DNA from: Candidatus Poribacteria bacterium | GTDB lineage: Bacteria > Poribacteria > WGA-4E > WGA-3G | Direction: 5' to 3' | Length of the DNA: 64,000 nt | Assembly: GCA_965214095.1 (NCBI GenBank) | Contig: OZ243938.1 | Coordinates: 1,728,001 to 1,792,000 of the forward strand | Shown: piece by piece, positions 51,940 to 61,593 of the stretch | How the letters are laid out: each line of letters starts with the position of its first letter | Numbering within the stretch: position 1 is the stretch's first letter | Program-made: the position numbers and the translations under genes | Notes under the pieces: generated by a model | The model's database searches: none | Seen by the model: the letters and a program-made list of their open reading frames with translations, nothing else | What the model was told of the DNA's origin: nothing

Positions 51940-52210
51940 TATAGTTTGTATCAACACGAGTAGTTGTGAACTCTCCTACCGTGAAAGTATAGAAGTAGAC
52001 ACCACTTGCGACTTCACCGAGTGCGTTCTTTCCATCCCAAAACGCAGCAGGTTAATGGGATTTATAGGTACCCACTTCCTGATGCCTAAATCCAAGTTTC
52101 GCACGAGTCGTCCATCGACATTATAGATATACTGACATTGTGTCGATCCCCTATCATATAAACTATATCCGCAAGTAAGAGTAGGAGGTCGCCAAGCCAG
52201 TTGATATGCA
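51940..52210 (-). pseudogene. Orphan decayed FlgD_Ig-type CTD
   Basis: Translates, allowing indels, to IYNVDGRLVRNLDLG.QEVGTYKSH*PAAFWDGKNALGEVASGVYFYTFTVGEFTTTR. Confidence 0.8.
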
Positions 52211-52217
52211 CGTCTTA

Positions 52218-52510
52218 TTAATCCGAGAATGTAATGTGAGTATATATATCTTGCAGTGGTAATTCACATTCAATGGAATTGAACTTCAGGACATCTTCTG
52301 GTGCTTCAAATGTCTTTCCTACCCACTGCGTTTCAACCAGACGATGGTGTTCAACACGTACCCTGTCTTGGGATACAAGGATATACTCACGCAAGGACAT
52401 AAGTTCCTGATAATGTGCGAACTTTTCGCCTCGGTCAAACGCTTCGGTTGATGGCGATAACACCTCTACGATAAGGATGGGATTCAAGAGGGTGTCAAAA
52501 ACATTATTAT
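52218..52510 (-). pseudogene. Uma2/DUF820 endonuclease, C-terminal half only
   Basis: NPILIVEVLSPSTEAFDRGEKFAHYQ...LREYILVSQD; N-terminus missing. Confidence 0.85.
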
Positions 52511-52945
52511 ATTTTAAAGTGATCTTGGAATAACACTAATCGGCAAATAACCGAAATCCTATTATCCTTCTTTCTTTGAGAGTTTTAACCAAATAATGAT
52601 ATTTCCAAACAGTCAAAAAGTTAAACCCTTTAGTGGCAGTGTTCTCAAACATAAGAACTTCGCCATATCATTAGTTAGTTAAATCCCTCCTTTTTTAGTG
52701 CAAGGGTTTAATATCTCACCGCAAGCCGTTTAGAGTTTTCTATTTAAACCCAAGTTACCACTACAATATACCATCTACATAGAAATGTCAGAAAAGCGAT
52801 GTTCACAGTGCTTATATGTCGCTCCGATTGGATCGGAAAAAAGATAACATACCGCTCCGCCAATCAACGGGACCGATGTCTTAATGACATTCCCCGGAGC
52901 GAAGATTAAACACGCTAATTGGATAGATTTTTTTGGAATTTCAAT

Positions 52946-52990
52946 CAAATCACCCGCAGAATACGCGTATGGTATTTTGCGGGTGATTTG
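52946..52990. repeat. 19-bp-stem inverted repeat
   Basis: CAAATCACCCGCAGAATAC / GTATTTTGCGGGTGATTTG, 18/19 pairing. Confidence 0.7.
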
Positions 52991-53198
52991 GGTTAACCTA
53001 ACTGAGGAGTGTGCATAAATAATCCCGATTTAAATACGTGATAAAAGGAAGCCTGGACACACAATATGCCGTCAGAAAGTTCAAAGACGCACAATGAATT
53101 ATGCTACTTCAAACGCCATTTCTATAAACCAAGCGGTCTCTGAAGTCTGTTGCTACCTGTGTAAATGAGTCAAATATTTATGCACATCCCTCATCTGG

Positions 53199-53975
53199 CT
53201 AACGTGTAAAGCCTGAACGTTTAATGTCTGCCCAAGTCATAGTAAGTTTACCAGAGGCGTGAACATCCGCTAGTTCAGATTCCATTACCAACTCCACATC
53301 ATTTTGACTCAGTTCACGATTATAGACGCGCACTTCGTCAATCTTGCCCTTAAACAGATATTCATGATTAGCACGTTCATTCGCACCTGCACCAACGAGA
53401 AACTCTTGTCTTGTATTGAGGCTAATCGGAGAATCCATTTCTCCAAAATGCTCCCCATTCACATAGAAGTTCATCTTCCCATTGGCAAACGTGCCAGCAA
53501 GATGGTCCCATTCACCTTCACTAACAACTGGTCCTCTGATCCACTTCCAACCTCCGCCACCTGTGATGAATATCCACGTATTACCTGGTGGCGGTTCTGC
53601 ATAAAAAATATACCCGCTGACAGGAGGTTCATCGCGAGATGATACTACAGCACGATGCCCACCACTGCCAGGTTCTACATTTGCCCATGCAGTCACTGAA
53701 AATGTTTCAAGATTCAGGTTCTCATTAAACGGAATGTTCACTTCGTCTTGCACCTGATCAAACTCCAGTGCTCCACCGAAATAACCGTCTTCCGTCCACT
53801 GCGGATCGCCCATCAATTGACCATCATGTCCGTTACCTGTTAAATCTTCCGCCGTTTCACCATTACCTTCATTGAATCCCCAATACGCTACAAGCCCTTC
53901 CTCTACAGATAAGACTGGCAATGCGATGAAGATTGATGAAAAAAGTAAAGTGATTATTAAAGTTATAGTTTTCAT
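53199..53975 (-). CDS. Secreted LamG (concanavalin A-like) domain protein
   Basis: LVAYWGFNEG...GEWDHLAGTF...YVNGE...FKGKIDEVRVYNRELS; tail VHASGKLTMTWADIK. Confidence 0.9.
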   Translation of the reverse strand: MKTITLIITLLFSSIFIALPVLSVEEGLVAYWGFNEGNGETAEDLTGNGHDGQLMGDPQWTEDGYFGGALEFDQVQDEVNIPFNENLNLETFSVTAWANVEPGSGGHRAVVSSRDEPPVSGYIFYAEPPPGNTWIFITGGGGWKWIRGPVVSEGEWDHLAGTFANGKMNFYVNGEHFGEMDSPISLNTRQEFLVGAGANERANHEYLFKGKIDEVRVYNRELSQNDVELVMESELADVHASGKLTMTWADIKRSGFTR

Positions 53976-54640
53976 TTGTATTCCCTTATTCATTTTAAAT
54001 TTTGACAGGGCATACTTGTATGTTACAACAGACATTATAACATACAAGTTATATTTAGACTAATATTTTTTAATTATTATTATAACTAATATAAAGACGA
54101 ATATAACTTATATTTATCAAAAACTGTCATAAATCAATAGTTATCAAGGTTCTTTTGGGTTTAGTTCATGAAAATGCGTCATGATTTCAAGTGCCATGTC
54201 CTTGTTTTGAAACAAGCCAACAATATCGCCAATCTTGATCGTGATGCCTAATATGTTCTGACCCCAAGTGGTGTTATTATGTTTTTTTGACCACCAGTTT
54301 GAGCAGTCCGACATTGTTTTTCCATACCGATCTACATTATTGTCATCTACACTAAGAGTACTACGCCAACTTTCGCAAGTTGTATTCGCACTGCCGCCAT
54401 ATTGACAGTCGGGAATCGGAGTTCCTTCCTACAATTCACAAAGTCAAGTTACTTGTAAAATCCACTATAGTTATGATAAGTCAAATTATAGTATATGTCA
54501 AACTAAAATTATATAAAGTCTATATGCAACTGTAAACAAAATATAAGAAACTATCGTTGCATACACCAATGAACGGTTGATAGGGTTTGAAACCTTGCCA
54601 ATATACACAAAAGTTAGTCTAATTCCTAAGGAGCACACTC

Positions 54641-55123
54641 ATGAAACACTATTTTGGAATCCTCATAGCAATCACTTTCGTATTGATAGCTGGTATTATC
54701 GGATGTTCAGATACCGAGAATCCAGTCGTTGCTGGAACAAGTGACGAAGAATCGACGGTCCAACTTGCTCTTACTGATACTTACGACAGCGTTCGAAACG
54801 GCGCACATCTGATTATGTCTTATGATGCAGCGACCAATTCTTTTAGAGGCACTGTTGAAAATACTACCGGTGCGATTTTATCCCAGGTTCGTGTTGAAAT
54901 ACACCTATCAAACGGGATTGAACTTGGTCCGACATCACCAGTTGACCTCGCGCCTGGTGCTCAAATACCGGTTGAACTTATGGCAGAAGGACCGTCCTTT
55001 GACAAATGGACAGCTCACCCCGAAGTCGGCGTTAGTAGTGCTGAAAGCGGCAGTGAAGGTAGTGGCGAAGCCGGTGGCGGTGAGAGCGGTGGCGAACACG
55101 GTCAAGGTAGCGGTCATAATTGA
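54641..55123 (+). CDS. FxLYD-like lipoprotein paralog 3 with Gly/Glu/His tail
   Basis: AAGGAG RBS, IIGC lipobox, shared core. Confidence 0.85.
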   Translation: MKHYFGILIAITFVLIAGIIGCSDTENPVVAGTSDEESTVQLALTDTYDSVRNGAHLIMSYDAATNSFRGTVENTTGAILSQVRVEIHLSNGIELGPTSPVDLAPGAQIPVELMAEGPSFDKWTAHPEVGVSSAESGSEGSGEAGGGESGGEHGQGSGHN

Positions 55124-55254
55124 TAACAGTATAGTCGGAACACCTCTTTAAGCAGGTAATACCAATAGCTGCTTTTCTATAGAGGCAAACATTAACGAAT
55201 GTGCTTTATTTTACATTCACTTATACAATTCATTTTTTTAGAAGGAGTATTCTC

Positions 55255-55755
55255 ATGAAATTCAATTTTGGAACACCCATCCTATTAGTTGTTATGTTGA
55301 TGGTAGCGACTATAGGTTGTGATAGGGCGACGCAACGGACAATACCTACTATGCCAGCAGATGACGAAGAGTCAACAGTCCAACTTGCTCTTACCGATAC
55401 TTACGACAGCGTCCGAAACGGTGCACATCTGATTATGTCTTATGATACATCAACCAATTCCTTTAGAGGCACTGTTGAAAATACTACCGGTGCGATTTTA
55501 TCCCAGGTTCGTGTTGAAATACACCTATCAAACGGGATTGAACTTGGTCCGACACCGCCAGTTGACCTTTTACCCGGTGAAACACGCCCCATCGTGCTTC
55601 AAGCGATGGGACCACCTTTTGATATGTGGACAGCGCATCCTGAAGTCGGTCCAAGTACCGGGGGTGGCAGTGAAGACGATATGGAATCTGGTGGCGGAGA
55701 AGGTGGAAGTGAACACGGACAAGGCGGAGAAGGTGCTGAAGTCGGCGGTAATTAA
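55255..55755 (+). CDS. FxLYD-like lipoprotein paralog 4 with Gly/Glu tail
   Basis: AAGGAG RBS before ATG 55255, TIGC lipobox, shared core. Confidence 0.85.
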   Translation: MKFNFGTPILLVVMLMVATIGCDRATQRTIPTMPADDEESTVQLALTDTYDSVRNGAHLIMSYDTSTNSFRGTVENTTGAILSQVRVEIHLSNGIELGPTPPVDLLPGETRPIVLQAMGPPFDMWTAHPEVGPSTGGGSEDDMESGGGEGGSEHGQGGEGAEVGGN

Positions 55756-55886
55756 ACCGGGTACTTCAGTTCGTGAATCGGAGTTCCCTCCTACAATTCA
55801 CAATGTCAACGACTTGTGCCAGTTGCTTATTTTTATGTAATGTTCTATTTCACATATTTATGAATTTGTGCTTTTATCTTTACTTT

Positions 55887-55950
55887 AATCCATCCTTATG
55901 CTTTTCTTTATAGCATATTCTTTACATTAAAGGAAGCATAAGGATGGATT
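55887..55950. repeat. Long inverted repeat
   Basis: AATCCATCCTTATGCTT / AAGCATAAGGATGGATT, perfect 17-bp arms that extend imperfectly. Confidence 0.7.
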
Positions 55951-56137
55951 TACAGAATACATTAGAAAAGCATGGAATGCAACTAAAAAACAAACCTCGC
56001 ACTCTATGAAACGTAGTCTTAGTCGTCCGAAATATCACCGCAACACTTTACAATACCTACTTCCCGGTAGTTGAGGAACTTTGTCCAGGACCAAAAAGTC
56101 GTTGTCCTGATAGCGATATTATTTGTATTTCCTGGTT

Positions 56138-56281
56138 ATTGATTGTGCTGTCTCAGGACGTGTCCAATTCTTGGTATCAACTGACAATGATCTTATAGAT
56201 GATACTGCACTCAAAAAGGCTCTGTTTGAATTTGGAGTTGAGATTGTTGATCCACCAAATTTCCTAAACAAAATAGAATAG
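56138..56281 (+). pseudogene. PIN-domain toxin C-terminal remnant
   Basis: IDCAVSGRVQFLVSTDNDLI...GVEIVDPPNFL* matches the PIN_3-type pattern CA..G.A..LVS.D.DLL...I..P..FL. Confidence 0.65.
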
Positions 56282-56319
56282 TGTAGTGTAATCTTTTCCT
56301 AATCTACCTCATAATGTTA

Positions 56320-56454
56320 TACCATTTCTAGTAGAGAATATCTCATTATAAGAGTATGAATTCTAACTTAAAATAGAGAATATAAGAGGCGCAATGAATT
56401 GCGCGACTACGAACGGTTCCTTTCTTAATGAGAAGTTATTTTTCAGAAATGGTA
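56320..56454. mobile_element. MITE family C (TACCATTTCT ends) carrying the same REP hairpin as family B
   Basis: TACCATTTCT-N11-TCTCATTA is mirrored at the right end; core GGCGCAATGAATTGCGCGACTAC. Confidence 0.8.
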
Positions 56455-56499
56455 TTATACCACCAGTATTTCCTATTCAAAATGAAGAATATATTTCGT

Positions 56500-57345
56500 A
56501 TGAAACAGTATTTCCTTTTACTTCCAATCCTCGTTCTCTTCCTAAGTTGTTCACCACAACCGATAGAGATTCCTGATCCGAATTTAGCCGCAGCAATAAG
56601 AGATGCACTCGGTTTAGAACCAAGTGAACCGATCCTGCAAAAGGATCTGGATACGTTAACATCTCTGACAGCATCAGATGCTGGAATTACAGAATTAAAA
56701 GGTATTGAACAGGCAGGAAATTTAGTGAGTTTGCAATTGGACAGGAATCAGATTACAGACATCACCGCGCTAACAGAATTAGTCCAGCTCAAAGAACTCA
56801 ATCTCAGAATGAACCAAATCGCAGACGTGACACCGCTGCAAGGTTTAACACAACTGATAGAACTCTCAATATCAAATAGTCAAATAAGCGATATATCACC
56901 GCTAAAAAACCTGAAAAACCTGACGAAACTCTCAATATCAAATAGTCAAGTAAGCGATATATCACCACTCGCTGAATTAACACAACTCAAAGACCTATCA
57001 CTTTCATATAGTAGAATCAGCGATATTACTCCTCTTAAAAACTTAACGCAATTGAGGGTTTTACGGCTTGTTTCTAACCAAATTAGCGACATCACGCCAC
57101 TTGAAAATTTGACGTATCTCACCGATTTATGGCTTGTATCTAATCGGATTCGCGATATTTCACCTATCAGATTCATACCGCAACTTCGCAGTCTATTGGT
57201 TTCATTCAATCAAATCCAAGATATCAGCATAGTTGAGAAAATGACAAGTTTGAAGGATTTAGGGATTAAGGGTAATCCTATTCAAGACAAGACTCCAGTT
57301 TATCGGCTTCAAAAGAAAGTTCCAAATTTGAAGTTGAATATGTAA
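56500..57345 (+). CDS. Internalin-type LRR lipoprotein
   Basis: FLSC lipobox, IPDPNLAAAIR cap, 22-aa NQI.DI.PL..L..L repeats. Confidence 0.9.
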   Translation: MKQYFLLLPILVLFLSCSPQPIEIPDPNLAAAIRDALGLEPSEPILQKDLDTLTSLTASDAGITELKGIEQAGNLVSLQLDRNQITDITALTELVQLKELNLRMNQIADVTPLQGLTQLIELSISNSQISDISPLKNLKNLTKLSISNSQVSDISPLAELTQLKDLSLSYSRISDITPLKNLTQLRVLRLVSNQISDITPLENLTYLTDLWLVSNRIRDISPIRFIPQLRSLLVSFNQIQDISIVEKMTSLKDLGIKGNPIQDKTPVYRLQKKVPNLKLNM

Positions 57346-57358
57346 AAAGTTCTAATAC

Positions 57359-60019
57359 TCACATAGAAACTCCTAACAAACCGCGCGTCAACTGAAAATC
57401 TGTATTCCCTTTACCGTGTAACTTTGGGGTATAGTTCCGTGAAGCTACCTCAATAACCAACGATAATAATTCATCAACATCAACAGAAGTCAAATCCACA
57501 TCTTCTCCATACCGATTCTGTGTTGCCGAATCGGTCGTAACTTGAATTAGGGGGACCATCACATGTGATTGTAACGGAGCTCCAACGATATGTGCTAACG
57601 CAAGTTCAACACCCGTTGCTCCTAAACCTGTGAGAGTTTCCGTAGGTTGATCTGTGGGTGTCTCCATAATATGAAAACCTTTCTTTTCCACCTTCTGTCC
57701 ATAGGCTAACGATGGGGATGAAGACAAGGATTCTGTCAAGAATGTCGCGTTAGCAGGTACAACAACTGTTCCACCCGCATTGATGATTACTTCTGTCAGT
57801 TGCATCATTGATTGTGAAACAGATTTAGTCACCTCACCGACCGATGTTACTGTTACACAAAGGTGTTCTAATCCAGCATCAGCAATTGGTATAGAAGGTT
57901 TATCAGAAAGTTCATCTACGAACCAATTGTGCACCTTTTCAATTACTGCATCAATACCTCCGTCCATTTGCACACTTGCCCATCCATAACCTTCAGGCGA
58001 TATACCCAGTTTTTGAATTTCATGCCAAACGTGGTCGTTATGTGTCTTTTCACAGCCGTGCTCCAAAAGCAAACCGAGTGCAACCGTAGGATGCGTGAGA
58101 TGACCAATCATGGTGCGCGTGTGAATCTCCTCTGTGCGTCCACTTGAAACACCACATCCTTCTGTATGTGCAAGTGCTACAAATCGTGAGATACCTTGAT
58201 CACTTCCGATGCCTTGTTCATTGCATCTGTGTGCAATCATTTGCGCAATCTGACCTGAACAGAGGCTAGTCGGTAAGATGAGACCGAGTTGATCGCTGCG
58301 GTATCCATCTTGTGTTTGAAAAGCACGGAATGTGTAATCATCAGTAGATATATCAGTTGAGGAGATCGGTATTGGTTCACCTGATTTCATCTCGGATGCC
58401 TCAAGATAAGGTGTTAAATCCGTGGGGGCAGTCTGTTTCCAATCACGCCAGAGTGAAACTTGTGAATGTCCTGCTCTTTCTCCTACCGACAACTCACCCG
58501 ATGCAACACCGATAGTTTGATTAAGCATCTGTTCACCAAGTTGCTCCATCGGTGTGCCATCAAGATATGCTCCCGCGTTGACATCCATATCCTTCTCAAG
58601 CATCTCATACCGTGCAGTCGTCGTTACAATCTTTATTGTTGGGACAAAAGGGAAATTAGTAATGGAACCGTTGCCAGTAACAAAGAATATCATGTTGGAA
58701 CCGGATGCTACCTGTCCAGCAATGCTCTCCAAATCGTTGCCCGGACTGTCCATGAAGTAGTAACCTGATTTGTCCATCAATTCGCTGTAATCAATAATAT
58801 AATCAAGACAGACATCAGGATCTCGTTTCATCGCCGCACCGATTGATTTAATTGCAATGTTGTAAAGTCCTCTGAAATTGTTACCCCCGGATGGGTTCCC
58901 TTCTGCGGAATGTCCGTGCCATCCGACACGTTCCTTAAATCGTTCAACGGTATTGAGAAATTTGCGTGCTGTCGGCAGATCGCGTACGTTCTGAAGTAGA
59001 TATGCTTCTGCACCGATAAGTTCATCTGTTTCTGCAAGATTTGCGCATCCACCGTAACGGATTACCTCTTTCGCAACATAAGCAGCCAATGGGTTGCCGG
59101 ATACACCTGAAAATGCATCTGACCCTCCACACTGTAATGCTATTTTGAGGTTCTCCAAGGACTCTTCAGTCCGTGAGAATCGATTTACGGTATTTAACCA
59201 TCCGTTGATAATTTCAGATCCTTTTGCTATGTTCAAATCGAAACTACCTTGTAAGCGAAAGAAATTGTGAACGACATGGTCTAAATCGTACCCCTCGCGC
59301 ACCATATATTCTTTAAGCGTGTGGTTATTGACAACTTCAGTGCCGTAATCAATAAGCATGATTGCCCCAATATTTGGATGCACTGTGAAACCTGCCAATG
59401 TCCGAAGCAGCAAGTCAATGTTATTTGGTGTTTTTTCTTCTCCACCTTCAGTGTGTGTCACCGAAACAATACCATTTATGTTCGTATATTTATCTGCACT
59501 TGATGAACACTGGTCAGCGAGTTTCTTTGCAAAACCAGATGTGCGTGCTGTTGTCCCCATAACGACAATATAATTCCGTGTGCCAACACCACGACGAAAT
59601 GAACGTCTATAACCAAGAAATGAACGATCTTCTGAATGGTGTTCAACTTGTCTGCCCGGTCTCAATGCTTTTTCATCAAGGATAAAAGGTTTGATCGTGT
59701 CAATGAAGTTCGGAGTGTTCGGCAACTCAAAATCCAGATTCCTGATTGACAACGAATCTATCATCTTCTGATTGCATACATAATCGCCACGGGCAATTGA
59801 GCGGGAAGCGTATCCGAAAGGTAATCCCCAGGATAATAACGGCTCACCTTCTTCTATTGATTGGATGGCGAATCGGTGTCCTTCCAAGACGGCATGTGAT
59901 AATGAAAACTGCTCATCATCGTACTGAATCTGTGTTCCGACATCTAATTTCTGAGTAGCAATAGCAACGTTGTCATCTGGTGCAGGTAACCTCGCAACAC
60001 TTAGAAAATTATGTGTCAT
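57359..60019 (-). CDS. uxaA: UxaA/GarD-family (altronate/galactarate) dehydratase with SAF domain and an extra C-terminal partial duplication
   Basis: DNVAIA SAF start; GVGTRNY; LQCGGSDAFSGVSGNP; GNPSGGN; second LPTSLCS...HTEGCG...EHGCEK module. Confidence 0.8.
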   Translation of the reverse strand: MTHNFLSVARLPAPDDNVAIATQKLDVGTQIQYDDEQFSLSHAVLEGHRFAIQSIEEGEPLLSWGLPFGYASRSIARGDYVCNQKMIDSLSIRNLDFELPNTPNFIDTIKPFILDEKALRPGRQVEHHSEDRSFLGYRRSFRRGVGTRNYIVVMGTTARTSGFAKKLADQCSSSADKYTNINGIVSVTHTEGGEEKTPNNIDLLLRTLAGFTVHPNIGAIMLIDYGTEVVNNHTLKEYMVREGYDLDHVVHNFFRLQGSFDLNIAKGSEIINGWLNTVNRFSRTEESLENLKIALQCGGSDAFSGVSGNPLAAYVAKEVIRYGGCANLAETDELIGAEAYLLQNVRDLPTARKFLNTVERFKERVGWHGHSAEGNPSGGNNFRGLYNIAIKSIGAAMKRDPDVCLDYIIDYSELMDKSGYYFMDSPGNDLESIAGQVASGSNMIFFVTGNGSITNFPFVPTIKIVTTTARYEMLEKDMDVNAGAYLDGTPMEQLGEQMLNQTIGVASGELSVGERAGHSQVSLWRDWKQTAPTDLTPYLEASEMKSGEPIPISSTDISTDDYTFRAFQTQDGYRSDQLGLILPTSLCSGQIAQMIAHRCNEQGIGSDQGISRFVALAHTEGCGVSSGRTEEIHTRTMIGHLTHPTVALGLLLEHGCEKTHNDHVWHEIQKLGISPEGYGWASVQMDGGIDAVIEKVHNWFVDELSDKPSIPIADAGLEHLCVTVTSVGEVTKSVSQSMMQLTEVIINAGGTVVVPANATFLTESLSSSPSLAYGQKVEKKGFHIMETPTDQPTETLTGLGATGVELALAHIVGAPLQSHVMVPLIQVTTDSATQNRYGEDVDLTSVDVDELLSLVIEVASRNYTPKLHGKGNTDFQLTRGLLGVSM

Positions 60020-60035
60020 AGTACCTCCTTGCCTG

Positions 60036-60605
60036 CTATTTACGATAGATACTTACCTCAATAGCATCTTTTTTAACCCACGGCAGATTGATGTCAAACC
60101 AATGTGTTTCAGATTCAAAGTTTGTGCGGACGTGTTCAAGATAATCTGCCATAGCATCTGCTCCGATACCAACGTTGTCAGCTAATACAGTTGCCGGGTT
60201 TGTCAATTGTGGTTCAATTGCTTTAAAACATGGATAGTAATTATCAAAGTTATTATCAAGAAGCAGAAAATCTACAGGTTCATTTATATTTTTCAGTGCC
60301 TCTTGTGCATCACCAATACGAGAATCAACGAGCTCAGAAACGCCAGCACTTTCAAAATTCGCTCGGGCTTGTTTTGCGCGGTTCGTATCTATTTCAAGTG
60401 TTATCAAACGTCCAGAACCTATTTCTTTCAAAACGCGTAACATCCAGAGACCAGAATATCCTATTGCAGTGCCACATTCAACGATGAGGGAAGGTTTTGC
60501 CTTCTCCACCCATCCAGCAATAAATTTTGCTTTTTCAGGACCCAACATCGGAATCCTTTCTTCTCTACACTGTTCTTCAACCTTTTGTAATACTTGTTCA
60601 AACAT
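60036..60605 (-). CDS. Class I SAM-dependent O-methyltransferase
   Basis: IVECGTAIGYSGLW, LITLEID, IGDA, LADNV motifs; AAGGAGG RBS before ATG 60605. Confidence 0.9.
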   Translation of the reverse strand: MFEQVLQKVEEQCREERIPMLGPEKAKFIAGWVEKAKPSLIVECGTAIGYSGLWMLRVLKEIGSGRLITLEIDTNRAKQARANFESAGVSELVDSRIGDAQEALKNINEPVDFLLLDNNFDNYYPCFKAIEPQLTNPATVLADNVGIGADAMADYLEHVRTNFESETHWFDINLPWVKKDAIEVSIYRK

Positions 60606-60620
60606 ATAGTCCTCCTTATA

Positions 60621-60723
60621 TATAGTAGATTTTGAAATTACTTGAACACTCTGCATCGGCGAGGTTAGGAAACCTCGCCTACCGTGGGGCGAAAGTGTCA
60701 ACTTATATTTATAATTCACTATA
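60621..60723 (+). mobile_element. MITE family A, copy 5
   Basis: 103 bp, near-identical to 9735-9837; ends 3 bp from the methyltransferase RBS. Confidence 0.9.
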
Positions 60724-60984
60724 ACAGCATCACATCCATTTGGATTTGACACCAATAAAATCAGTATGGTAACATTTTTAAGATGCTTAGTGGTATTTGA
60801 TTGTGAAATCTCCTATCAACGATATATGATAGCGTACAATGATGAGACAATCTTACACGAATTTCATGTTAGGGTCAAGTAATCAAGTTTGAATCATATT
60901 ATGGCTTAAAATTTAAGAGAAAAAATTGAAACTGAATTCGCAATTCGGTGTATATTAGATTACAAGCATCTCCGGAGGTGCCGA

Positions 60985-61593
60985 ATGCCAGAATTAGACG
61001 ATGAATTAATGCAACGTTTCCAAAAAGGCGATGAGGATGCCTTTAATTTATTAGTGCGTCGGCATCAAAAACCTTTGATCAATTTCATTGCGAGGTTCAC
61101 CGGGGATAAAGATAATGCTGAAGACTTGGCACAGGAGACTTTCATCCGGATGTTTAAAGCTGCCAACCGATACAAACCTGGACGTGCTCAGTTTAAGACT
61201 TGGATGTATTTCATCGCAAAAAATCTTTGTAAGAATGAAATTAGAAACCGAGGACGTAGAAAACGGTATCAGGTTGATAACATTGTCTCCAACGACAATT
61301 CTATGGATGGAAACAACGAAGAAATTGATCTTATTGCAAGTGCCCCTGCTGACTCTGCCTTCCAACCAGAAGTCGCTTTGGAACGCAAAGAACTTCGTAA
61401 CACAATCCAAAAAGCGATCGCAGAATTGCCAGATCAGTATAGACTTCCCTTGGTTCTGCGGGACATACAAGGACTGAGCTACGATGAAATCGGCAATATA
61501 CTTGAACTACGCAGCGGAACTACCAAATCACGTATCAATAGAGCACGACTTATGTTAAAGGACAAACTTAAATCTTATATGGAGTTAATATGA
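60985..61593 (+). CDS. ECF RNA polymerase sigma factor (SigE/SigW-like)
   Basis: AEDLAQETF, FKTWMYFIAKN, LSYDEI...GTTKSRINRAR motifs; GGAGG RBS. Confidence 0.95.
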   Translation: MPELDDELMQRFQKGDEDAFNLLVRRHQKPLINFIARFTGDKDNAEDLAQETFIRMFKAANRYKPGRAQFKTWMYFIAKNLCKNEIRNRGRRKRYQVDNIVSNDNSMDGNNEEIDLIASAPADSAFQPEVALERKELRNTIQKAIAELPDQYRLPLVLRDIQGLSYDEIGNILELRSGTTKSRINRARLMLKDKLKSYMELI

